DNA of 64,000 bases from Podospora anserina (Eukaryota). A program made the translations under genes and the position numbers. Below are positions 47,220-58,011 of this stretch, piece after piece. The stretch lies in contig CM030337.1 in the NCBI GenBank assembly GCA_017654855.1, positions 3,162,001 through 3,226,000 on the forward strand, read 5' to 3'. The number at the start of each line of letters is the position of its first letter. Within the stretch, counting starts at the first letter, position 1. Under the pieces are notes generated by a model that was not told where the DNA came from, searched no databases, and saw only the letters and a program-made list of their open reading frames with translations.

Positions 47220-48261
47220 ATGTCTTCCCTGCCAAACACTGACGAGTTCTCCGACATCTCATCCCTCTACGGCCCAGGCATCCTGGTACTGCCTCCTAGC
47301 CTCCGTTACCATCACCTGGCTCTTCAACCACAACCACCGCGGCAAAGACACCCTAACCAACGATCTAATCGCAGCCCTTGCCTTCCCAGCCGTGGCATCA
47401 GGCCACGCGTTGCACCTCATCCTCTCCGCACCACCCTACCGATGGGAACAATACGGCTACTCTGACGAGTCACTTCAATTTCGTATCTGGCTCACGTGTC
47501 CCCACGACTTTGACACCGCGAGCATCAACCGGTACTACCGGGCGGTAGAAGCACCCCTGACTGTGTGTAACCAGTTTGTTCAGCTGGGAATCATTCTCTT
47601 GTTTGCAGCTGCTGGGACACGTCGGCCTTGGAGCGCGTCTTGGATCTTTTGCGTATGGCTGCTGACCATGTGGACGGAGTCGGTCATGTTGCTGAAGGGG
47701 GGTGTTCGGCTATTTTTCTACTACGTTCTGATGTCAACAGCGTTTGCATGCTCGTCACTTTGGCTGCATTTCGTTGACAAGTTTGCGTGGGGAATGAGGG
47801 GGGATGGTTCGTCAAGTCGCATCATCCCAGCGCATCGACTGGATATGTCTCGACTTTTAGACGCTGGCAAGATCGGCAGTTTCCTGATTTTACCTTTCAG
47901 TAAATTCTTGATTCGGTTCAAGGATGTTGTCCTGTCGGTGTGGAGGTTTCGTGATGTCAAAGGCGATCAAGACATTCTCCAAGAGTTTCAAGAACTGTGG
48001 TGTTCAGGCTGGGTTCGTGGCCCTATCCTTCTTCTGTTGTATGTGGCGAGCTTCATTGTGCCAGGATTATACGCACAAAGGGCTCCGTTTCTGGCCCGGG
48101 GGGTGTCGTTCTACGGCCCCAGAAGTCCATCGGCGATCACTGGCCTTGATCAAGCAGTTTCTCTTTCCATAGGAGTTGTGACCTTGGGTTTTAGTATGTG
48201 GAGTGCTGTCCAGTCGAAGTATAGACAGACTGCTGAAGAGGGCACGGGTCCGGCGGTCTAG
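47220..48261 (+). pseudogene. Frameshifted paralog of the membrane protein at 45836
   Basis: SSLYGPG, then a frame break near 47280 before WYCLLASVTITW; AVEAPLTVC and PRSPSAITGLDQAVSL are shared with the upstream copy. Confidence 0.7.
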
Positions 48262-49655
48262 AGCCATCGATTTGCATGAATGCTGGCAGATGGCCTATCG
48301 AAGACGAGGAGTGTTGAGCTTGATACTGGAATCAAAGCATTGGCGAAAGTATACCTTAATCACCTGGAAACGTCAATGCAAACAGCCCTTCGGGACGGCT
48401 TATGTTCAAAAGGGCAAGACGGACCACATTGAGGTGATAATATCACATGCAGCATTACCTTGTCCATCCTCGCCGCACGTCAAGACGTCTGTAGGCACGC
48501 CCAAGAAAGGAGTGCCGTGAGACTTCAAGACCCCTTCCCAAACGGCTCCCCAATGCAACCCAGGCACCCGCCAAGCTCACCCGCCAACTCAGCCTCCCGC
48601 ACGCGGATTCCTCGCATATTGAGCCCCACCCGGAAGATCGAAAAAAAGACACAAGGTGCTGACAAGATCAGCTCTCCCACACCCTCCTCCCATGGAACAA
48701 GCACCCCTGATTGGCCGCCTTACTTCCCGGACCCGGAAAAACACCACTGCTGAATCATCTTCTGATGGAGGGGGAAAATCTAACTTCATGTGATTGGAGC
48801 GGGGAAGCTGAGCATCTTCAAACCCGTGCCTTAGCATTGACCAGTCCAAAATATAGATGGGGGCTTTCATGAGCTCTTCTCAGAATGGCGAAACCCATCA
48901 GTATGGTGGCGGCAAGGACATGCGGGTTCCTACATGGCAGCGCTGTAGAACCATTGCCCCGAAGAGAAGAATACGCAGGGAGAGATATTTAGTTGTAAAG
49001 CACGACCGGTTAGGTCTGATCGAGGTGATCATGCCGCGTAGAGAAGCTCCTCGACATGGCCACAATGCTGGTGTATCACAGTATCAGATGATCTGTTGGT
49101 GATTCCTGTTGTATGGTATGCTTCGCCGGTTCGATGATTGTGCGTTGACTGCGCAAGCGTTTTTGGGCCCTTTCATCCGGCCGTGGGGTCGAGTGCGTAA
49201 GGGGTTTGAGATTTGGGACGGAAAGATGAGGGCTGTTTTTGGCATGGTTGGTGGTTGTGACACACTGTGCCGCAACTGCTTCCTCTCTCCGGCTCAGCAA
49301 CCCACCAACATCCCTGGGGCGAGGTGCTCGGTAGAGGTCGAGCTGGCAATCCGATTGAACCGCGGAAACCAGTGCCTCTCGCTAGATCTGCCTTGTTCCA
49401 AGAACCCGGGGTCGCGCTTGAAGCGAGACAGCTTTATTCGTCGTGAAAGGATGGCTTGGGCGGTTGCAAAATAAATGAAGGATACGCAGCATCGGGGCCG
49501 GCAGAGCCTCTGGCGAGATCTTAAGCAGATCGTGAGCCACATCCCCCACGACTGTGGCACCCGCTCTGGAGATCATCTATCCGTAAATCTTCGGCATCTC
49601 ATGTCCGTTCGGGTCCCGCTGGCTGCAGGGCTTCGCAATCGCCACGCTGGCCGGG

Positions 49656-51248
49656 ATGTCAGCTCCCAGTGCAGCCCATGGTGGCACGGCACCATTGGCT
49701 TCATTAACTTCCATATTTACGCCCCCGTGCTCCACTACCTGGCTCCTGACGACCACCAGGCTGCTTTCACAGTATCCGCCCTTCCCAACGGCCGGCCCAG
49801 CATCCTGTGACCCGCCCTCCTGGCAGTCCAACATCGCCGGCGGAGGTTTTCACTATTACTCTCCCGCTGTCTGCCCCGAAGGGTTCCATGTTGGTCCCAG
49901 TTGCGGTTTAACCAGGACAAGAACAGCCGAGAGTTTTCCTGCAGTCGAAAAGGGAGAGACTGTTGCATACTGCGTACCAAAGGGCCTTACTTGCACCACA
50001 GATATCACCGATTACCGCGGCGGCGTATGGGGTTATACTCGTGATGGAACAGCCTGGGGTGCTAGAGTAACAGTTGGGCCAGCAATCCAGATCCGCTGGG
50101 TGGAAGCCGACTTAACCTTGTTCGAGACACATCCCCTCACGCCGGGCTTGACACTCGTCAAAAGCGAAATGGGTGTTGCCACAGCTGTTACCCGGTCTTT
50201 CACCACCGTCATATCGATTGACGATGCCGACTCGACGAGCCTCATTATCGACACCACACCAAACCACGATGGGGGGCGAGGGCCTAGTATCGAAACCGGG
50301 GGGGCAGCGCCAGACACCAGGGAACCAGACACCGCGGCATCAAACGGGGGTAATACAAGCGGCTTTGTGATTGGAAACTTGAACCAGGGATCAAGCATCG
50401 TGGTGATGGTGGTGGTCTCACTCATCGGAGCACTCATCCTCTCGACGATAGCTTGGTGCTTGATCAGACGATATAAGCGGAAAAAGAGACTGGAGAAGGA
50501 GATGCAGCATTCCAACAACGCCACGCATCAGGAAGTTGGACGGCAACATCACCGGGCATATGCTCCGGGATCGTTGAGAAGAAGCGGACCGAGACTGGAT
50601 CCTCGTGAGAGAATGCAGATGGATGCCCAAAAAGTACTGCCATCTGACCCTCCAATTGCCATGAAGAAGCACTTGCCCCAAACAGCCCTGAGGATTGACC
50701 CACAACAAAGGCCAAAACCGACTCCACGACGCGGATACTCCGAGCTCGATACCAGCTCACCAGCTCTTGGGAGCGCACCAAACCCCGCTGAGCTCGAGGG
50801 AGACACCATAGAAACACCAGCAAAACCATGGGTTGTCCACCAAAGATCGTGGCTAAGAAGCCCCTCTGTCTATCACCCTCTCCAATCTCCACGGTCTTTC
50901 CATTCTTCGAGGTCGGCGCGGCGGACGGTGAGAGAATCGTTCGGCGAAAAGGTCAACGACCCGGCAACAGCGCTGGGACGGCTGAGAATACCTTCAGCTG
51001 CAAGGTCGACAATGTCCAGGTCATCGCCCACCTCAGCCAGTCCTCGATCAGGGAGCTTCTGGCGGATACCGCGAAGCCCAAGGAGCCCCAGGACTCCAAC
51101 AAGTACCACATTGAGCCAGCAAATACCCCGACCACAACCAATCAAGTCTGGTCTCAGCAATGAAACGTCACTGTCGAATACGCCGCCAGACATTCTTGAG
51201 CGGCGCGACGGGGAGGGCCCCGGGAGTGGGCATCATGATTCGAGGTGA
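49656..51248 (+). CDS. Single-pass membrane protein with Cys-rich N-terminal domain and S/P/R-rich tail
   Basis: LTSIFTPPC, YYSPAVCPEG, YCVPKG, AIQIRW...DL; TM segment IVVMVVVSLIGALILSTIAWCLI followed by RRYKRKKR; PAELEG in the tail. Confidence 0.8.
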   Translation: MSAPSAAHGGTAPLASLTSIFTPPCSTTWLLTTTRLLSQYPPFPTAGPASCDPPSWQSNIAGGGFHYYSPAVCPEGFHVGPSCGLTRTRTAESFPAVEKGETVAYCVPKGLTCTTDITDYRGGVWGYTRDGTAWGARVTVGPAIQIRWVEADLTLFETHPLTPGLTLVKSEMGVATAVTRSFTTVISIDDADSTSLIIDTTPNHDGGRGPSIETGGAAPDTREPDTAASNGGNTSGFVIGNLNQGSSIVVMVVVSLIGALILSTIAWCLIRRYKRKKRLEKEMQHSNNATHQEVGRQHHRAYAPGSLRRSGPRLDPRERMQMDAQKVLPSDPPIAMKKHLPQTALRIDPQQRPKPTPRRGYSELDTSSPALGSAPNPAELEGDTIETPAKPWVVHQRSWLRSPSVYHPLQSPRSFHSSRSARRTVRESFGEKVNDPATALGRLRIPSAARSTMSRSSPTSASPRSGSFWRIPRSPRSPRTPTSTTLSQQIPRPQPIKSGLSNETSLSNTPPDILERRDGEGPGSGHHDSR

Positions 51249-51924
51249 TAAGTCGAGGTTTCGAGCTAAAACGCGCCGGGAAATTCGAAAGGCACAGATA
51301 TGATGCTCCAAAAAGCCGATCACTCGAGTGATGTGCCCTATTTCAGCCTGACCAGGCCCATATTCGAAGGATGGAGATCGAGATGTCGAGAGAGAGGCGC
51401 GCATTGATTCGACAGACAAACACGCCCGCCCATCCGCACCGTCGTCGACGAAGCAAACAAGCAAAAAGTTAAAGCTCTGCTTGGCACACCTCAGCTCGGA
51501 TGCAGCACTGACATCTCCCGATCAATCACCCAAAAGACAACGCGATAAGCCGATAAAAGCACCCAACTGCCACCCATGCACCCCTCCACAACCGGTCAAG
51601 TGCCCCGCAATTCTAGGCCCTTGCGCACCTCTCAGGACAGCTCCAGTGGCAACACAAGCTGCACGATGAGGAAGGATCACCCGCCAAAGGAACGCTGATG
51701 AACGAGACGGATGGTGGACGGCGAGCAGGCTCGATGGAGATGGTCTGACGTCTGGTATGATATCCTGGGACGATAAATCCTTCCATCTCTCTCGCCTCAT
51801 CAGCCTACTTTCAATCATCTCTTCAACCTTTAAACAAACAACTCCATCAACTTCAATACCTCTGCCGTCTCAGTGCACCGAACCGCCAACAACGACAACC
51901 CCACCAACCACTTACACTAAAAAT

Positions 51925-51967
51925 AACCACCACCACCACCACCACAACCACTTACACCACCACCACC
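51925..51967 (+). repeat. (CAC)n microsatellite in 5' leader
   Basis: Imperfect CAC/ACC run directly before the ATG at 51968. Confidence 0.8.
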
Positions 51968-52279
51968 ATGTCCTCCGACAAACCCCACTTCAACACCACA
52001 ATCTTCACCCAACCCTCCACAGACCTCACCACCTCCCTAGTTTCCTCCCCAACAACCACAACCAAATCCCCCTCCCCAACCCGCACCGCCGCCGCCCGCA
52101 CCCGCGCCATGTCCGTGACAGAGGAATGGCAGCCCGTCATCGACCGCCGCCAGAGCTGGTCCGCCCAAGAGTACTCCCACGAGATGCACTCCAAGCTCGC
52201 CCAGCAGCACGACCTGCGGGGATCCATCGGCGACCGGTCGGTGGAGAGGGACAACGGGCAGGGGTTTAGTGAGCGTTAA
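51968..52279 (+). CDS. Small hypothetical protein with RRQSWS motif
   Basis: 103-aa ORF, CACCATG context, gene-like codon bias; WQPVIDRRQSWSAQE. Confidence 0.7.
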   Translation: MSSDKPHFNTTIFTQPSTDLTTSLVSSPTTTTKSPSPTRTAAARTRAMSVTEEWQPVIDRRQSWSAQEYSHEMHSKLAQQHDLRGSIGDRSVERDNGQGFSER

Positions 52280-53059
52280 TTGGCACTCACAACCTACATA
52301 ACAACAAACCTACTGATAAGACATTGGGGACGATGGAGGGGAGTAATGACATGACTTTTGTACGCAGAGAGGCAGGGACGGAAAATTGGGAGCTTTCTTT
52401 TGTATTGCTACTTTTTGTTTTTGTACTTTTTGTTTCATGGCAGGCAAACGCAACAAGGAATAACGGACGGATGGAGGGAAAAGGCAAAAGTTTGGGTTGC
52501 GGGAACAGGACAAGTTCATTCATCCCATTATCATTTTGGACGCAGAACGGGCAGATCATTTCATCGTCATGACCATGGCGAAGCAGGTGTATTTTTTTGA
52601 GCAGACGCAATTCTTCATCTGAACCTTTACGTTTTTATTTCACACCTTTATTCTTCTTCGGCAAAAGTCATCCACATATCAGATGCCAAAACTTTGGTTG
52701 TCGAGCAACATGTCGACTTTTGATCCAAGGCAGCATTGAGTGGTACGAGCTCAGAAATATCACCAATGTCACAAATGTTCATATGCATGATTGCTATCAT
52801 ATCCCAGACCTGTGATAATCCCGTCCCTGTTTTTCCTTGCGTGTACTTTCCCCCGTTACTTTGCCCCAAGCGAAGGTAGTGCAGCCCCATGATTCCAATC
52901 CCGAACCCATGTTGCTCCCAGATGATGCCAAAATGCATGACCCATGAATGATACGCCGGACCCTGGGGAGCCAACCCCTAGGGTGATGAGAGGAGACATA
53001 GGAAAAAGGAAACAAAAGAAAAAAAAAGGCATGGTAGAGACCACCGTTGACCAAGTAGC

Positions 53060-55894
53060 TCAGTTCTTCTTAACCACCTTCACCCCCTTCCCCTCATTCT
53101 TCATCCCCTCAGCTAGCACAGCAACACCAAACGAAACACCCGCAACCCCGGCCGCGCTAACAGCAAGACGCTTGAGAAGACTCCCTTTCTTCTTCTCCTT
53201 CTTCTGCTTCTCCTCCCACGCCGAGTGCCTCTCATGCATATCCTCTGCTCTCTGACCCGGGCTAAAGAAAGTCTCACCCTGCGGAACATAGCGGCCGATC
53301 GTCTTCTCCGAAGGCAAGTCGTAGTTGACGAAGCCAGTGGGACTAGCAAACCGGCCGGCCGCGACATTGTACTCCGGGACAAGGCCACCGCCAGTCATGT
53401 CGATGGGGTTGACAGGTGAAGTGGGCGATGAAGCTGGGACCGTCTTGGTAGAAGCGACCTGTTCCTCCTTGGCGACGACTGGCTCACGAACCTTGCGGAA
53501 GATGAGGACATCGCCGCTGCCGGAAACGATCTCGAAGCCCTGGGCTTGGAGAGGGGCAAAATGAGGGAAGAAGCGGGCGGGGTTGGAGATCCGAAGAAGA
53601 ACCTCGGCTGGGCTCAAGGGTGTGGCGCTGTCTGGCACGACAGACGTGGTCTCGGCAACATCTATTGCCTGCATCACGGGGTCATAGGCCAAAATCTTGT
53701 AGAGTACTGGTTCTGAGAAGTTGGCGGGAGTTGTCTCTGTTCTAGTCTGTTCCTGACGGGTAGATGACTTGTGAAAGGCACCAGTTAATTTTTCCTGTCC
53801 AGATGTGTAAGTACCTCGGCCAGACGACGGGCTCAAATCGGTTGGGAGGAGGGATGAGTTGGCCACAGAGGGCTCGGTGCTCCAAGATACTGCGAAATCC
53901 TCCGGAAAATCCTGTACGTACTGGCCAGTGAGTCGTTTAGACTTTTTGGGTTTGGGCGTCTCTTTGCCATCCGAAGATTGGTGGCTCGATGACCTCTGTG
54001 AGGCGAGAGCGGATTCGGCGGTTGGATTGGCCATCAACTCCTGAACGACCTTTCGGAACTCAGTGGTGATCTCGGCCTCATTCTTGGCTGCGGGTATGGC
54101 TTTCTGCCGTTGAGCGGTGCGACTCGTCTCGGAGTCCTCCAGTGTAAACGCTTCGTGATTGCCCAAGTCGGGGCCCTCGTTCAAGTCTTCTGCCGAGGGC
54201 GCATACTTGCCGTCTGGCTCATTGCTGCGAAACCCCCCTTGATACTCGTCCAGATCAGTTGGCTCTGTGATTGAGGCGTTGATGTTTGCGGCGTATTTGC
54301 CGTCAGGCTCGCAACTTCGTACTGCCTTGTAACTGTCCAGTTCCACTGGTTCGGAGTCAGATTCGGCCTCAGATGCCGCATACTTCCCATCAGGCTCATG
54401 GCTCCGGAAGGCTCTGTAGCTCTTCAACTCCGCTGGATCCCGTGTGGGCGCGACGTGGGATGCCGCGTACTTGCCATCGGGCTCATGACTGCGGAAAGGG
54501 ATATATGTCTTGAGCTCGACAGGATCGTAACCAGCCTGATACTGTTCGGGCGCATATTTTCCATCCGGCTCGTGACTGCGGAAAGCCTCGTATCGTGCGA
54601 GTTCAGCTTCATCTTGCGACGGTCGAACATAGGCTTCTGCATACTTTCCATCGGGTTCATGGCTCAAAAATGGCTTGCTGTACTCTGCAATCTCAGCGGG
54701 GTCGAGGTTGGGTTCGGCCAAGACAGGGGCGTATCTCCCGTCCGGTTCATGTGCACGAACGGCCGCGTCGTATTTGTCCAACTTCTCTGAACTCACGGAA
54801 GCCTGCTGTATGGGTTTGTACTTTCCGTCAGGTTCGTGCGAGCTGACGCCATCCTCATACTTCCCAAGGTCCTCTGGTGCAGGTTCTGAGTCTGGATCGA
54901 TCTTGTACTTTCCATCCGGCTCATGAGAGCGCACAGGCCCGTATTTGTCGAGGTCTTCGTACTCGGTAGACTCTTCTTGGCCCCTGGGCTTTCCATCCGG
55001 TTCCTGATGCTTGATTGGAACGTATCTGCCGAGATCTTTGTACTCCTCGGGTTGATCCTGAACTGGGTCTGAGGCTGGATCGACAACGGGTGTATACTTG
55101 TCCAGGTCGTTATACTCGGATGTGTTAAGACCTTGTCCCGATCCAGTGATGTTGCTTTCGTTCCACAAGACCTCCGCATGCTTATCGTTAAGAGCATTGA
55201 CGACATCTGGAACAGACTGGCTACGCGGAGCTGGAGCTGGCTTTCTCGGGACAGCGGCCCAAGGTTCTGAATCGATCTTGACCTTGCCGTAGAGTTTCAA
55301 CTCCGCCTCGGGTGGCGGGCCGTCGTAGAATATCGGCTCCTGTGCAACACCGAGTGGTGGGGGCTGAAATCCCGCGAACTGGGAACGATACGACTTGAAG
55401 GTTTTGGTGACGTCTGCCGGATCAAGCGCTGTGACTTTGGCCCGCCGCTCCTGCTTGCCGAAAAGCAAGTGCTCCAGTGGCGCCCTCTCAGCATCCTCAA
55501 TGTTTTGGCCAGGCCGGATGCCAGTGGGGTTCCCGGGGGTCTTGTTGGGGATATTGCTGCTGGCCCATCTGTTCCTGGAAAGACTCGGCGATTGATCGGT
55601 GCGCCAGTAATCGTAGGGTGAGGACTTGGATGGGTTTGATGGCCTGCTGAAGCTGTTCTTGTCCCAGGAAAGATGCCGATGGAGTATGTCTGCATATCTC
55701 TGGCGAGCGAAGCGGTGGCGGCGGCATATATCTCGGTCATGGTCAGCGTCGATGTGGACGATCCATGTTCGGCTGAACCTGAAGCTGCGTGTTTGTTGCT
55801 GGTGGAGGTTGAGGACAGCTCCAACCGAGCTTGGTGTAGCCTGAGCACAGCGAGCTCGGCGAGTAAGGGTGGATGCGGCTGTTAACGAGGACAT
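53060..55894 (-). CDS. Large protein with 10 EPDG(K/R) repeats, probably mitochondrial
   Basis: Arg/Ser/Thr-rich presequence-like N-terminus; PGQNIED.ER; ~29-aa repeats; YKILAYDP, NPARFFPHF..LQAQGFEIVSGSGDVLIFRKVR; C-terminal hydrophobic anchor. Confidence 0.85.
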   Translation of the reverse strand: MSSLTAASTLTRRARCAQATPSSVGAVLNLHQQQTRSFRFSRTWIVHIDADHDRDICRRHRFARQRYADILHRHLSWDKNSFSRPSNPSKSSPYDYWRTDQSPSLSRNRWASSNIPNKTPGNPTGIRPGQNIEDAERAPLEHLLFGKQERRAKVTALDPADVTKTFKSYRSQFAGFQPPPLGVAQEPIFYDGPPPEAELKLYGKVKIDSEPWAAVPRKPAPAPRSQSVPDVVNALNDKHAEVLWNESNITGSGQGLNTSEYNDLDKYTPVVDPASDPVQDQPEEYKDLGRYVPIKHQEPDGKPRGQEESTEYEDLDKYGPVRSHEPDGKYKIDPDSEPAPEDLGKYEDGVSSHEPDGKYKPIQQASVSSEKLDKYDAAVRAHEPDGRYAPVLAEPNLDPAEIAEYSKPFLSHEPDGKYAEAYVRPSQDEAELARYEAFRSHEPDGKYAPEQYQAGYDPVELKTYIPFRSHEPDGKYAASHVAPTRDPAELKSYRAFRSHEPDGKYAASEAESDSEPVELDSYKAVRSCEPDGKYAANINASITEPTDLDEYQGGFRSNEPDGKYAPSAEDLNEGPDLGNHEAFTLEDSETSRTAQRQKAIPAAKNEAEITTEFRKVVQELMANPTAESALASQRSSSHQSSDGKETPKPKKSKRLTGQYVQDFPEDFAVSWSTEPSVANSSLLPTDLSPSSGRGTYTSGQEKLTGAFHKSSTRQEQTRTETTPANFSEPVLYKILAYDPVMQAIDVAETTSVVPDSATPLSPAEVLLRISNPARFFPHFAPLQAQGFEIVSGSGDVLIFRKVREPVVAKEEQVASTKTVPASSPTSPVNPIDMTGGGLVPEYNVAAGRFASPTGFVNYDLPSEKTIGRYVPQGETFFSPGQRAEDMHERHSAWEEKQKKEKKKGSLLKRLAVSAAGVAGVSFGVAVLAEGMKNEGKGVKVVKKN

Positions 55895-58011
55895 GGTGGG
55901 GGAATGATAGGTCAAGGATGGAACCTCGCAGACATGCTACTGGCAGGCAGTGAAGATGTTGACTACCTCTTGTTCTTCATTCGTCGTTAATACTATGGCA
56001 GAGGACAAAAGTTTGTTGGGCAAAGAAAGAAACCTAGTAGAGCCAAACTGGCGGAATGCCAAACTGTACGACAGGCCGAAGAATCAGGCCAGCACTTGCA
56101 GAACCTTTTACAAACCAACGGTAGCTCCGAGCGGTGGCAGTGAGAGAGGTCTGGTCTAGGAACTCGTGAAACTTTAACGGGTGTGGTCGGAACTTACTTA
56201 ACAAAGGGGGGAGGCCCAGGTGGCTGCAAACAATGTCGTCAATGATACGATGACTTTCTAAGGCGGAATGGCCCCCACCAAGTGACGATGTTCGGCGTCA
56301 ACACGGATACTTAGGGGAGAGAAACGGTAAAACGGAATACATAAAAAAGGAAGAAGGAAAGAGGGGGAAAAGATAATTAAAAAGAAAAGTACCGGTCAGC
56401 AGGAACCATCGTGAGTTTGCCAGAACAACACTGGCCCCTGCGGCAGCACAACCCTGGCCGAAGTGTCCATCACAAGCAAAGAGAAGGGTACAAGGTGATT
56501 GTGAGGTGGTGGGCCGGGCGTGCGAGCCAACGGAACGGCTTTTCGGCACGACGCCTTTCCTGGGTGTGGCTCCTGATTCGTCCGAGTCTCTGGGCATCTC
56601 ACCCAGAGTTCCTGCGGCGGGCAAGAGTGGACCCTTGCTGTGGGAGGGAGCCACTGACGTGAGCCCGTCGGGTGCGGGGGAGTCTGATAAGCCTGAAACG
56701 ATAGCGGACCTCACGGAAGCACGTTGGAACTCTCGCTGTTACTTGCTGAATACTTGGGCCCTTCCTGCATGAATGGGCCCCTACCTGCAGAATCCAAGAG
56801 ATGGTGTCTCTGGAGTTTCCTCTTTCGACCATCTGCTCACACAATATCGAGGCGGCTGATGGTTTAGGCAATAAGCCACGTTATCAGGAAATTGTTCAGA
56901 TGTGCTATGGGTCAATGTAAGCCGAGCACCGGGCATAGGAAGTCTTCGGTTGTTGTTTGACCACTGGACTGGGCTGGAGGATGAGGAATTAAAAACTTGG
57001 CTTCTGCAAAAACGATATCGCTCGAATTGCAAGAATGCGAATCTCAAAAATATGGTATGAGGATCATCCTCTCCACTTCCTCGTTCGCGATGATGGCTCC
57101 ACCGCTTAATGCAAACCCCGCAGTCACAAGCCCCACCACGACGTCATTTCTAACAACGGCCCCAGATTCAGTGGGAGCTAGCGGGTACTCCACCATGAAC
57201 TGCCGGCTTGATGCATCGTGAAAACGACGAGAATTATTCAGGAGAAGTCCATTTCACGAAGAATGGACGGGCACCGTCTTAGTCCAGTCAGATAGCTGAC
57301 CAGGATTCTTGACAAAACAGCGACAGCCGTTGGAGCGACGATGTACTGCTGACTCGTTAAAAAAAAATCTGTTCAAAGTTCCTGTATAACAGGGATGAGC
57401 AACATTGCATGATACCAAACTCGAGGTGTTAGGAATAAAGGGTGTTAAGAAGTTTTGACAAGTCAGTTTCTCCGCATCGCGATATCGACAATGTCATTGA
57501 CAATGGAAAAAGTTCAATAGGAGCGTGATGGATGGTTGGTAATGAGAGGTGTTAGAACAGACCCACATCGGTGAGCTCGGTGAGGAGGAAGCCGCGGTGA
57601 GATTTATGCCCCGCATCACGTGAAGCTTGATGACAGCTCTGGTACCCCACTAACCACCAACGTCAGTTTGCGACAGGTTTGATGGACGCTGGAGAAGGCT
57701 GGAGAAGGTGATGCGACGCGAAAGAACACTTTGTCTGGAGGACCATAGATTCAGCAGCGACAAATAATATCTTCAGTTCCACTGCCAATCTACCTCCAAT
57801 TGCATTCGCCCCAAGCAAATACCGTCGAACTGCCCCTCTTTTGCAGTTCGAACTTCCCAGTGACTCAATCGGCGAGCTTCGACCATATTTCCAACGCCCC
57901 CAACCCACAACAACCGTCGACACCATAAAGCGAGATTCCACGCACGCACGATCTGTTGAATTGTCTTATCTCAGTACTTGAACCACCAAAGTACGATTGA
58001 GTCTCTCAACC

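Noticed and set aside
55900-58000. Short ORFs in the 2-kb divergent intergenic region
   Set aside because: No recognisable motifs or gene-like codon bias.
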